Shown one piece after another: positions 18,456 to 27,494 of a stretch of 64,000 bases of DNA. The notes under the pieces are model-generated. The model did not search any database, was not told the DNA's origin, and worked only from the letters and a program-made list of their open reading frames with translations. A program made the position numbers and the translations under genes. The stretch is from positions 160,001 to 224,000 of IMG/VR virus record IMGVR_UViG_3300037851_000542, one strand, 5' to 3'. Source of the DNA: a virus. Its lineage: Duplodnaviria > Caudoviricetes. The first letter of the stretch is position 1. Each line of letters begins with the position of its first letter.

Positions 18456-20759
18456 TTACTCTCCTTGTGATTCAATTACCTTAGTTACGTATTCTATTCC
18501 AACTCTGCCTCGTATTGCTGTAAGCTGGTTAGTTCCTCTAAATGCAAAAGTTTGAGTTGCATTAGATCCTAGTGCCAAACTATAAGCTTCATCAGTAATA
18601 CGTAAGTTCTGAGCAATTATTGTTTTTAATGGGTACTCTGTCAAGCTACCGTCAGTACTGGTGTATTGACCTTTAATACCATCATTAAAGAACTCATCTC
18701 CAAACATATCAGGTGCGTTGACTTTTCTATCCAAGCCGTTACCACCAGCTTCTGTATCGTTTTGTTGATATACCATTATAACTACCGCAAGGTTATCTTT
18801 AGCAAACAAATCAGTAATATTGATGTCTGTTAAAGTGCCCTCTTCAAACTTACTCGATTTACCTGCAAATACTGCATAGTTCTTTAAATCACTGGCAGTA
18901 GTGTCAATTGACACTGTAAACTGAATAGGCAATGTTAATGTTCTTGTATAAGGGTTTAAGTGTCCTAGCTCCTTTAAAGCTTCTCTTGTAAGGTTAGCTG
19001 TAAAAGTAACATTTTGTAACCTGAGTGCCAGCTCATAGTCTCCAACAATAAACTCAGAAGTAGTAGTAGGCTCTACACTTACTTCTACTAATGAGGCGTT
19101 CGTAGGTGCTCCACTTAAAGTAGGAACCAATAGAGAGTTATTTAAAGTATTAACTCCTGTTATAGTTACAGTCTGTGAGGTAGGATTTAGTACTGTCACT
19201 GAAGATCCCACATAGTCAGATGTAACACTACACAAGCTGTCAACAAATACAGTTGTAGTTGTAGAAGACTGAGTAGATGACTCGTTTAATCTTAACGTAG
19301 ACCAGCTGGCTCCCCCTAGGGTAATAGTACCGTTATTAAAGTTTCCTGATATAGAATTAGATGCAGATACAATCTCTCTAGCAGGTCCTCCTGCTCCTGG
19401 TCCACTAGTTACTCTGAAGCCCAATCCTACAAACCTTGTTAGGTCAACTGACGATGCTATTGTGTTACTAAATGTTATAGAGTTTGCTCCAATCGTAGCT
19501 CCGGTTAGAGCACCGTTCAAAACTAGCTCTGGATCTACAAGATAAGCTTCAACCTGACCTTGCCTTACTGCGCCTACATCCTCAACATCTCTAGTTGGTA
19601 CTGGTGAGAAGTATTTACCTACAACGACTGTAGCGTCTGCTCCGGCAGGTCTGTCAACTGGAGCTTCCTCACCAAAGGCATTACCAGCGTACACAACAAA
19701 TACCCTGTCACCTGACAAATAGTTAGATCTTCCGGCAGGAAGAGCTGCTGCTAGTGTGGATGCCAATCCGTTAGAAAAATAACTTAATCTATTAGTAGCA
19801 GGATTATAAATAAAGTACTCTAATGCATTTGAAGGTATACAGTCGGCTGAGTCAAAAATTGGTACAAACTTTGACTCACCTACAGTTAATCCACCACCTC
19901 TAGCGAATGCCATTAGAATTGAAGGTCTTCCTACTTCGTTGGTTTTTAAAAACCCAAGATTTCCTTTTTCTAAAGTAGCTACTGTACTGATAACAGGTAA
20001 TGCCAATTGCAGGTAAGTTTTAGCAGCAAAAGTTGACGCTGATATCTCTAAAGAACCTGTTCCAACGTGCCATTCTTCCCAAGTTACAAATCTTGCTTCA
20101 TTTAATAGCCAAACTTTTTGTTCCGTCTCTCCTGCATAGTTTTCTGTAGAAATACCTTCTGATTGATAATTTAACTCTACTGAGTTAATGAAAACGTCTG
20201 AGAGATATTTTGTTGCTTCAATATCTTCGTTAGCAGTACCCAATGAACATTCTGCTTGCACTGGTGAGTAAATATCTACTCCCTTAGAAAGACCACATTC
20301 TCTACCAAAGTCAATTAGTTGCACTCCGTGATAATATTTTAGAGCAGAACCGCCAATAGAATCCTTGATCACTATATTAGCTATACCTGTACCAGAGGCA
20401 GCAGGCAATCCTGAAAATGCTGCAGCATCCAAATCCCCTAGGCTGACGTTAATGCTACCGCTTACTAAGCCATCAAAAGTAGTACCGTCAGATTGTCTAA
20501 TATTATGATTTAAATTTGTTAGTGGAACTTTGGCTAACGTGGCCATAGTGTAAATAGAGCCATAATCGTTACCGTCTAAAGTAACTGCAACTTCTGGGCT
20601 GTCGTCTACAACGTCCGTCAACTCCAACTGTCCAAGCTCAAAAACGTCTTCAGTATTAAATGTAGTACTTGAGCCGAAAGTTTGCACTCTATATAAAACT
20701 TGCCCCTCGGCAAATACCGATTGAGAAGCATAAATAATCCTATTTCTTTTATTTACCAT
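18456..20759 (-). CDS. Major tail tube protein with two tube-like domains
   Basis: 767 aa. RVQ...E...ELGQL...P.V.V.LD near the N-terminus is repeated as RLQ...E...ELGHL...P..FTVSID at about residue 580. Has its own promoter motif, strong RBS (AAGGAG) and terminator; located before chaperones and TMP. Confidence 0.75.
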   Translation of the reverse strand: MVNKRNRIIYASQSVFAEGQVLYRVQTFGSSTTFNTEDVFELGQLELTDVVDDSPEVAVTLDGNDYGSIYTMATLAKVPLTNLNHNIRQSDGTTFDGLVSGSINVSLGDLDAAAFSGLPAASGTGIANIVIKDSIGGSALKYYHGVQLIDFGRECGLSKGVDIYSPVQAECSLGTANEDIEATKYLSDVFINSVELNYQSEGISTENYAGETEQKVWLLNEARFVTWEEWHVGTGSLEISASTFAAKTYLQLALPVISTVATLEKGNLGFLKTNEVGRPSILMAFARGGGLTVGESKFVPIFDSADCIPSNALEYFIYNPATNRLSYFSNGLASTLAAALPAGRSNYLSGDRVFVVYAGNAFGEEAPVDRPAGADATVVVGKYFSPVPTRDVEDVGAVRQGQVEAYLVDPELVLNGALTGATIGANSITFSNTIASSVDLTRFVGLGFRVTSGPGAGGPAREIVSASNSISGNFNNGTITLGGASWSTLRLNESSTQSSTTTTVFVDSLCSVTSDYVGSSVTVLNPTSQTVTITGVNTLNNSLLVPTLSGAPTNASLVEVSVEPTTTSEFIVGDYELALRLQNVTFTANLTREALKELGHLNPYTRTLTLPIQFTVSIDTTASDLKNYAVFAGKSSKFEEGTLTDINITDLFAKDNLAVVIMVYQQNDTEAGGNGLDRKVNAPDMFGDEFFNDGIKGQYTSTDGSLTEYPLKTIIAQNLRITDEAYSLALGSNATQTFAFRGTNQLTAIRGRVGIEYVTKVIESQGE

Positions 20760-20826
20760 ATAAATATTACTCCTTGCAAGGGCAATTAAGATTCATTATT
20801 CAAAAAATAATGTTATTACCGAATCT

Positions 20827-20834
20827 ATAGTATA
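20827..20834 (-). promoter_or_regulatory. Putative late promoter motif TATACTAT
   Basis: Intergenic, 68 nt upstream of the tube gene. Confidence 0.6.
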
Positions 20835-20878
20835 AAAAATTGTAAATATATTTTTAGACTCATTAAGAATTTAAATGT

Positions 20879-21916
20879 TTAAATTGGATATATAATGGAA
20901 TCAAATCCTCCGACAGGAGGCTCCATATTGGTAAAACTACCAACTAGTTTAGGATCCCTATCAGAAAAAGTGCAAGTAGAAAAAGCTAGTGTACCTCTGT
21001 GCCTATGTAAGTCAGAACCCTTAGTCCTTGGATCATAGAATGATAGTTTCTTTAAGTCTTGTATATGTATTGTGTTACCATTTCCTGGATTTAAAGTTAA
21101 ATAAGTCTCATAATCAATTCCATTGCTACTTACAGTTTTAATAAAATCTTCATTTATTACGCCCCAATTTTTTAGCGGCATACCTGTTCTATTAAAATCA
21201 ATTACAGGTATTCTTTTATTATATAAATATTCTTGTAATTTGCTGGTAATCTCCATTAACTCTAGGTTATTGTTAGCATAAATATCTATTATAAAACTTC
21301 TCATATACTTAATTCCGGGACCAATTTGTAAAGCGTTTAAACTGCTTTCCATAGGAATTAATGCTACTATAGGCAACTCTGGGGGTTCCTCATTATTTGG
21401 GTACCCATCAATAAGGGATACCATATGAAACCTGTAATCTATTTTAGTTGGAACTAAACTTAATGCTCCATTTGGGGTTGTGGCTGACGGCCACTTAATT
21501 CTAGCGTTTTTATAATCAATTCTATAATAGTCCCTAGGTAAAGGTGCGTTAGTCTGATCTCTTACTATAATTAAATTAGATTCTCGGACTGAAGGTATAG
21601 ATAAAGTACTTCCTTTAAAAGGGGTAGTATTTAATGGTACGTATTGATTAGAGGTGCTGCTATAAATACTGCAAGAATTAGAACTATTAAGTTCAAAACT
21701 AAGAAGCCCTCTACCGTCTGTATTGACCAAGCCTGCGAAAGCAGAGTCTGGGTCTATAATAAAATAGTCGTTACGCTGCTGTCCGTTTATATCTGTTTTA
21801 GTATCATAAATTAAAGGAGATCCAGTTACTTCTTGTGAGAACTCATTAGCAAGCGGAACCTCTTTTAAGTAGGTAAATAACGATAAGTATTCTAAACTTT
21901 CTCTTCCTAGTGCCAT
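20879..21916 (-). CDS. Tail terminator / tail completion protein
   Basis: 345 aa just upstream of the tube; QIGPG...RSFIIDIYA...L.EI...L is terminator-like. Confidence 0.6.
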   Translation of the reverse strand: MALGRESLEYLSLFTYLKEVPLANEFSQEVTGSPLIYDTKTDINGQQRNDYFIIDPDSAFAGLVNTDGRGLLSFELNSSNSCSIYSSTSNQYVPLNTTPFKGSTLSIPSVRESNLIIVRDQTNAPLPRDYYRIDYKNARIKWPSATTPNGALSLVPTKIDYRFHMVSLIDGYPNNEEPPELPIVALIPMESSLNALQIGPGIKYMRSFIIDIYANNNLELMEITSKLQEYLYNKRIPVIDFNRTGMPLKNWGVINEDFIKTVSSNGIDYETYLTLNPGNGNTIHIQDLKKLSFYDPRTKGSDLHRHRGTLAFSTCTFSDRDPKLVGSFTNMEPPVGGFDSIIYPI

Positions 21917-22267
21917 CTATAGTAGTGGAAGTAATGCTAATACGACTAAGAGTACATTAGCACCTGCTGAATAATTTAATAAAGTTTTAGTGTCTTCATA
22001 TTTCTTTTTATAGACAATTAATTCTTGATTAGCTCTTATAAGGTCATTTGTTATTTTTATAATTCTTTTGTCCCTTATTTCTATTTCAGACTCAAGCTCT
22101 TTTATTAAAACTGTACAACGGGTTAATGATTGAATATCACTCTCAGAAGCCTGCAATAGGGCTAATATGCTGGAAGATTGCTTACTATTAAAACAGATAT
22201 CTTCGGCTCTGGCACTAGAGGTTAATATACATAATACTATTAAAAAAGTTTTAATTTTAAACATCAT
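21917..22267 (-). CDS. Spanin-like envelope protein (signal peptide, coiled coil, C-terminal hydrophobic segment)
   Basis: 116 aa. N-terminal signal ending ARA; C-terminus VLLVVLALLPLL. Confidence 0.4.
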   Translation of the reverse strand: MMFKIKTFLIVLCILTSSARAEDICFNSKQSSSILALLQASESDIQSLTRCTVLIKELESEIEIRDKRIIKITNDLIRANQELIVYKKKYEDTKTLLNYSAGANVLLVVLALLPLL

Positions 22268-22281
22268 ATATTTATAAGTTC

Positions 22282-22719
22282 TTAACTTGTAGCTTTTACC
22301 TTACTTCTTAAATCTTGTAATCTTTTTAATAAATATAGTATTTTATTGCGCTTTTCGGTTATTGTAAGCTTATCGGCATCTTTTAGATCTTCTTGAAACT
22401 GTCTGCTAGTGTCCTGCAGTTCCTTTTCAAATATTCTTATTGACTCTTTTAGGGCTTTGGTAGTTTCTAGTAATTTAAGATTTTCCTGTATTAATATACC
22501 GTTTTTTTCTTGAAGATACTTATTTTCAAGATAATAATAGGAGCTTATAGAAATAGACAGTAAGACTAAAAGTGTAATAACTACCTTATTTTTGTAGAGG
22601 AATTTAAATAATTCTACTAGTGTCGTACTGTTAACTATACTCACAGAGGGGACAATGACATCTGGTTCTTTTTTTAAAGAGTCTATTTTTACTTTTTTCT
22701 TTTGAACCATAACAATCAA
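22282..22719 (-). CDS. i-spanin-like protein (single TM plus coiled coil)
   Basis: 145 aa; TM VVITLLVLLSISISSYYYL followed by a long heptad region. Confidence 0.45.
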   Translation of the reverse strand: MIVMVQKKKVKIDSLKKEPDVIVPSVSIVNSTTLVELFKFLYKNKVVITLLVLLSISISSYYYLENKYLQEKNGILIQENLKLLETTKALKESIRIFEKELQDTSRQFQEDLKDADKLTITEKRNKILYLLKRLQDLRSKVKATS

Positions 22720-23144
22720 TCTTTATTCTGACCAAAGTTTTTGGGTAGAAACTTTTTTAACTCCTCTATTGAACTGTCACTTGTTTTAGCTTGCTTCAAT
22801 AATTCTTTATTTTCAGAACTATTGGTAAAATATTGCACCCCATTTAAAGCTATAATGCTGGTCAAAATAGCAGTAACTGACAGTCCAATGTGACTAACTG
22901 CGTCATCAAATAATACTTTCTGAGCATTTGTAATTATAGAGGTAGCTCCTTCTTTAGTAATAATACCTTTTAATAAAAGCACGCTAGCTGAATCAATTGT
23001 TAAGCTGTATAGATACATTAAAGATACCCATAGCCCTATAATTAAAAACACTACTGTAAAGAATGCTATAAATTTAAATGACAATAACATAGAGGTTATT
23101 TGAGACCACCAGCCTGACCAGTTAATAAAACTAAAGAAACTCAT
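22716..23144 (-). CDS. Holin-like membrane protein
   Basis: 142 aa, 2-3 hydrophobic segments, charged C-terminus, overlaps the spanin-like gene. Confidence 0.45.
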   Translation of the reverse strand: MSFFSFINWSGWWSQITSMLLSFKFIAFFTVVFLIIGLWVSLMYLYSLTIDSASVLLLKGIITKEGATSIITNAQKVLFDDAVSHIGLSVTAILTSIIALNGVQYFTNSSENKELLKQAKTSDSSIEELKKFLPKNFGQNKD

Positions 23145-23145
23145 T

Positions 23146-24084
23146 TTATGAAAGCGTCCTTAGCTGTTCTTCAAATATCTTAGCTCTGTCGTGATCTCTG
23201 TTATTTTGAGCAAGTACTTTTGCATTCTGCAAGATTCCCTTTTCTTTTATACTCTTTACAAGCTCTGCTAGTTCTTCTAAATCTGATGTCCTAATAAGAA
23301 CATCAAGTGTAACTTTCTTTGTAAAGTCGATAGGTGAGTAAGTCCTCTGAGCCTTTGCCTTTGCAGTGTCTTCGGACGCTACTTCTGTAGCAGCTAGTTC
23401 TACTGAAATATTAGGTTCAGACTGTTCTACAATAATTGAACTAACAGACTCTACTTTTTCATCATTAATCAATGGATTAAAAACATTGGCAGTATTATAT
23501 TGAGAGTAGACCTCTTCTTGTTTTGAAGTAGACTCTAGTGTTATAACTTTTTTTGATCCTTGTGTTGGATTAAATGCTCTAGATTCTGTAGTATATTTAT
23601 TAGTAGCTACTTCAGCAGTTTTAGCTATATCATCTCCTGACATAGTATTACTATTAGGTGTAGAATCTTTAATTTTCTCTGCGACTGTTTTGCTGCCGGT
23701 TAAAGATTTTTTATCTGACTTCGCAATAGATTCCGAATTTGATTTAACTAATTTAACCTGTCTAGTTAAATCTTCTAGTGCGGACTCAGCAGAAGCAGAT
23801 GTTTTAATAGAAGACTCTATTACTTCTATAGCACCTGTAGAATGGTTATTAATTTGGGAAACTTCAAATAATCTAGAGAAGTTATCTATTTTGTGAGATA
23901 GTAGCCAATTAACAAAGTTTTGGTCAGGGGCTAAAGGATTTGTACCTAAAGTTGAGCTAGCAGAATACTCAGACTTAAAAAGTTCAAAAAAATATTTTGT
24001 ATTTTTTGATGAGCCTGTGATCCACTCTGTTTTAAAAATATATGCTGGTCTATTGCCAATATATGTAACTTTTATCTCTGTCAT
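23146..24084 (-). CDS. Hypothetical protein (low-complexity centre, small helical C-domain)
   Basis: 312-aa ORF in the head-tail region. Confidence 0.6.
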   Translation of the reverse strand: MTEIKVTYIGNRPAYIFKTEWITGSSKNTKYFFELFKSEYSASSTLGTNPLAPDQNFVNWLLSHKIDNFSRLFEVSQINNHSTGAIEVIESSIKTSASAESALEDLTRQVKLVKSNSESIAKSDKKSLTGSKTVAEKIKDSTPNSNTMSGDDIAKTAEVATNKYTTESRAFNPTQGSKKVITLESTSKQEEVYSQYNTANVFNPLINDEKVESVSSIIVEQSEPNISVELAATEVASEDTAKAKAQRTYSPIDFTKKVTLDVLIRTSDLEELAELVKSIKEKGILQNAKVLAQNNRDHDRAKIFEEQLRTLS

Positions 24085-24428
24085 GCTTGGTACCTTACGT
24101 CTTTTACAGTATTAAAATGTCTATCGGAAAACCCGTGCAGATAATTACTAACCCTTTGCACTAATATACAAACTATGAAATAGTTTATAAAAAAATTGAC
24201 ATAGCCATTAGCTACTAGTTCTAAATTTAATGAAACATTAAATAAAGCATTTAATGCAAAAGCTGTCCAGAATGAGCAACAATAAGGACAGGATATAATT
24301 GTACCTAATATCATTAGTACTGAGTATCTATGGTTAATTAAATTTAATCTCAAGCCTTCAAATAAAAAAGACTTTGAAATTAATTCAACTAACGCTTCAT
24401 TTAAAATAATCATTATTAATATTAACAT
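24081..24428 (-). CDS. DUF1360-like membrane protein
   Basis: 115 aa hydrophobic with a CPYCCSFW motif. Confidence 0.55.
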   Translation of the reverse strand: MLILIMIILNEALVELISKSFLFEGLRLNLINHRYSVLMILGTIISCPYCCSFWTAFALNALFNVSLNLELVANGYVNFFINYFIVCILVQRVSNYLHGFSDRHFNTVKDVRYQA

Positions 24429-24464
24429 ACTTAAATACTATCACAAAACAGATTAGTAAGCAAA

Positions 24465-25244
24465 CTATTTCTTTTTTGTAAGTGTTGCCAAAAATAGCTT
24501 TTCGGCTTCCTTTAGGGCTAAATTAGCTATGTAATCTGCGGGTACACTTTCTGCTGCGTTTACAAGTTCAAAACCTAAGGGCTCTTTTAAATAAGATTGA
24601 GGATGTATATAATCATTTATATTTAACCCTAGCCCTGACAACTTCTCTGATAATCCTTTTTCCCTTTTAGGTGTTAAAATGTGTAAAACTCCTGTACCAA
24701 ATCTACCTAAGTTACCTTTACTATTATAATCTAGCGCATCCATCAGTTCAAGGTTCATCCAAAGCAGCTTATCACCGGACTTGTGATCCATTCCATCTAT
24801 AAAATAGGTAGCCCATTGTACTGGTCTATTACCATATTTATCTCCTCTGCTAGTTTTGCCAGTAAAGTCGTCACTTAATAGTAATAGGTGCATTTTATAA
24901 GGACCTTTCTTTCCTCTATACTTGTTTGCAGACTCTATAATGTTCTTTGCTACCTCGTCGGCAATACTTGCCCGATGAAAATCAAATCCTGTGCGATCTG
25001 TACTTTGAACTGCCGGAGCAGGATCAAAATATTTACTTTGCCATTCGATAAATACTTTAATTATAGCATTTGTATATAAGGATAACACTGCAGGACTACT
25101 CATTACATTAGGTAAAGCCTCACCATAGAATATATTAGAAAGTAGTTTTATTTTTTCTTGCTGTATTTCTTCTAATTTATCTTGTATTCTTTTATTAGCT
25201 TTATTTACAGACTCTTGTGTATACTTTTTTCTATTTTTTACCAC
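24465..25244 (-). CDS. Putative neck / tail completion protein
   Basis: 259 aa; position between head closure and tail genes. Confidence 0.4.
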   Translation of the reverse strand: MVKNRKKYTQESVNKANKRIQDKLEEIQQEKIKLLSNIFYGEALPNVMSSPAVLSLYTNAIIKVFIEWQSKYFDPAPAVQSTDRTGFDFHRASIADEVAKNIIESANKYRGKKGPYKMHLLLLSDDFTGKTSRGDKYGNRPVQWATYFIDGMDHKSGDKLLWMNLELMDALDYNSKGNLGRFGTGVLHILTPKREKGLSEKLSGLGLNINDYIHPQSYLKEPLGFELVNAAESVPADYIANLALKEAEKLFLATLTKKK

Positions 25245-25960
25245 GGTCCCTCGTCGCTAGGTATTATAGGCGGATTTATAGGTGTAGATATCTGAGACTG
25301 ATCTGAACTTCTCTCGTTAGGGGCTGTATTAATACGAGGGTCATCATTATATTTGGTTGTAGCGCTAGCTTTAACATCTTTTGCAATTAAGTATGCCTCT
25401 ACGAGATGATCTGCTCCTAGACCTTTAGGACGAGGTGCTATATGAAGTAAGCAATCAATTCCGTCTACAATTATACTTTTAGCGTCTCTAATTATGGGAT
25501 AATTACATTGAAAAGTTTTTATCCTGCATATTGGATCTCCTTCTCTACCTGCAGACGTCTCCTCAATTTTTTCTTTTGGGTTCCAAGTAACTAAGGCTTT
25601 TATGCAAATAGTATTAGGCGCTGTTAAATTTCCAGATCCAAAACATACTGGACAAATGCTTGTTTTTAATATTTTAGGATTCAAATCGCTAGGGTTATAT
25701 TGAACTCCAGAAACTGACAATATATTAAAAGGTTTAGGGTAAATTGTTCTTTGCTGGGGTGTGCCTGGAAATACGTTTAAAGGGCGCACAAAAGTCACAT
25801 CGTAAATATTACCAGAAACCTCCCTTACACTATCGTGTATACAATTAGGACAGTCTGTTATATAAGGATCTAAAACAATAGTGATATTTCTACCCATATC
25901 TTTTAGGTAACTGTCTATACCAGATTTAAATTCTTTTTTTAAAGATTTTGGTATTCTCAT
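25238..25960 (-). CDS. Head closure / neck protein with two CxxC motifs
   Basis: DCPNC and ICPVCFGSG, beta-rich C-half; follows the adaptor. Confidence 0.55.
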   Translation of the reverse strand: MRIPKSLKKEFKSGIDSYLKDMGRNITIVLDPYITDCPNCIHDSVREVSGNIYDVTFVRPLNVFPGTPQQRTIYPKPFNILSVSGVQYNPSDLNPKILKTSICPVCFGSGNLTAPNTICIKALVTWNPKEKIEETSAGREGDPICRIKTFQCNYPIIRDAKSIIVDGIDCLLHIAPRPKGLGADHLVEAYLIAKDVKASATTKYNDDPRINTAPNERSSDQSQISTPINPPIIPSDEGPW

Positions 25961-26608
25961 TTACTCTATTTTAAAGACAGGTAGACTTAACATACTACAC
26001 CTAGTTTTGGCTTCAAGTGCTGCCTTTAAAGATTTTCCAATACTATCTAACAGCTTAGCCAGTGCATCTGGTCTTCTACTTGCATCAAATCTACTATCAG
26101 AGTCCTCTAAATTAACAGCACTTTTTACGTACTCAGACATATCTTTAGTTAGTAAAGCATATGCCGTAGACAGTACTAATAAATCTGGTCCTAATTGTTC
26201 ATCGCTTAAATTGCACTGCGCCGTTAAATAGATCTTTGCGCTAGTATCATAGGTATTTAAAATATCTAAATCTGAGTTCCTGTAATGATTATAAATAACT
26301 ACTAAATGACTGTCATTAAATAAAACACCCGAAGTATTCGTAAATCTTATATATTTATCTCCAAGTACTTGTGCCCCGTAAGTACCACTAGTTGAAGTAT
26401 ACTCCACTCCATCTACATATATATTTATGGGATAACCTTTAGGTTCGTCTAATTCGTAAATGGTTCCATTGGCACTTACCCTAGAGCACCCACCAGCAGT
26501 AATAACATCATCAATAAAGACTTCTTCAGTATCTCCTATTAACTGTCTAATTTGAAATATAATTATTTCTTCTTCTGGAGAAAAAGATCCTTGAACTGGG
26601 TATATCAT
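25961..26608 (-). CDS. Head-tail adaptor protein
   Basis: IRQLIGDT motif and helical C-terminus typical of adaptors; downstream of the MCP. Confidence 0.6.
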   Translation of the reverse strand: MIYPVQGSFSPEEEIIIFQIRQLIGDTEEVFIDDVITAGGCSRVSANGTIYELDEPKGYPINIYVDGVEYTSTSGTYGAQVLGDKYIRFTNTSGVLFNDSHLVVIYNHYRNSDLDILNTYDTSAKIYLTAQCNLSDEQLGPDLLVLSTAYALLTKDMSEYVKSAVNLEDSDSRFDASRRPDALAKLLDSIGKSLKAALEAKTRCSMLSLPVFKIE

Positions 26609-26639
26609 TTATTAGCCTACCTTTATTTATACAAATAAG

Positions 26640-26647
26640 ATAGTATA
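26640..26647 (-). promoter_or_regulatory. Putative late promoter motif TATACTAT
   Basis: Intergenic, 32 nt upstream of the adaptor gene. Confidence 0.55.
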
Positions 26648-26652
26648 ATTAA

Positions 26653-27219
26653 CTATACATTAAAACGAGAGAATGATGCCCTTCTCCAACCATCTTGGAG
26701 TTTAATATATACGTGATTATCGTCAAATCTTAACTGACCTAGTTGCCCCACTGAATCTAATGTACCACTTGGAGGTACTAAACCACCGGATGGTATTACT
26801 AGCGAACCGCTTATTGTCAGTTTGTTTGTTACATATATGTCATTTGAGTCATTTTGTAAAACAGAGGATGCTACCCAGTTGGTACCATCATAACGCATAG
26901 TATCGTGCAAATTTCCGGTAGGCAAAGTACCTGAAAATGTTCCGGAAATTGTATTATTTCCAATTGGGAATAAAAAAGGAGTACCACTTGTAGTGGATCT
27001 TGTTATGTATAAAGTATTGTCGTCCTCATTAAAGGCTAGTACACCTTCCGGAGCTTCGGCTAGTAAATTTGGAAGAGTTCCAGATGTTAAAACAGGAACA
27101 TATCCTACTCTTCTACGACCTTGCCTACCTGTCTCTGCATAAGCATATCCAAGCCTGTCCGACCGTCTTAAGTCTGTATCTCTTTCTACTTTACCTTTTT
27201 CTTGTTTATTAGTACTCAC
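26653..27219 (-). CDS. Head fibre / decoration-like protein
   Basis: GTG start, 188 aa. Contains DTMRYDGTNWV; C-terminal GQLGQLRFDDNHVYI...WRR resembles the C-terminus of the 2830..4293 fibre. Confidence 0.55.
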   Translation of the reverse strand: MSTNKQEKGKVERDTDLRRSDRLGYAYAETGRQGRRRVGYVPVLTSGTLPNLLAEAPEGVLAFNEDDNTLYITRSTTSGTPFLFPIGNNTISGTFSGTLPTGNLHDTMRYDGTNWVASSVLQNDSNDIYVTNKLTISGSLVIPSGGLVPPSGTLDSVGQLGQLRFDDNHVYIKLQDGWRRASFSRFNV

Positions 27220-27375
27220 TTATGACAGACCTTATGATAAAAAAAGAAATATACTACAAAATAATATACCTATCCAATAGTAATATTAGTATACGATCTT
27301 AAAATTACAAAAGCAAGAGTTAGATATTAATTACTAACCTAGAAGGGTACCTTACTCTACATATATGGAAAATTA

Positions 27376-27427
27376 TATGCACCTAGTCTAGTGATTTTAA
27401 TAAGTTTATAAAATCGCTAGGTGTATA
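27376..27427. repeat. Imperfect long hairpin downstream of the MCP
   Basis: Outer stem tatgcacctag / ctaggtgtata (one G-U pair); inner stem gatttta / taaaatc. Confidence 0.55.
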
Positions 27428-27431
27428 GAAC

Positions 27432-27468
27432 AAATAAAAAAGGTGACCAGTAGCCACCTTTTTTATTT
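27432..27468 (-). terminator. Rho-independent terminator after the major capsid gene
   Basis: aaataaaaaaggtg...caccttttttattt; GC core with A/T tracts on both sides. Confidence 0.85.
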
Positions 27469-27494
27469 TTTTTAATTACATTACTAGGTTACTA

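Noticed and set aside
18456-20759. The 767-aa protein as a contractile tail sheath
   Set aside because: Size fits, but it shows duplicated tube-type motifs and no sheath signature, and no separate small tube gene follows it.
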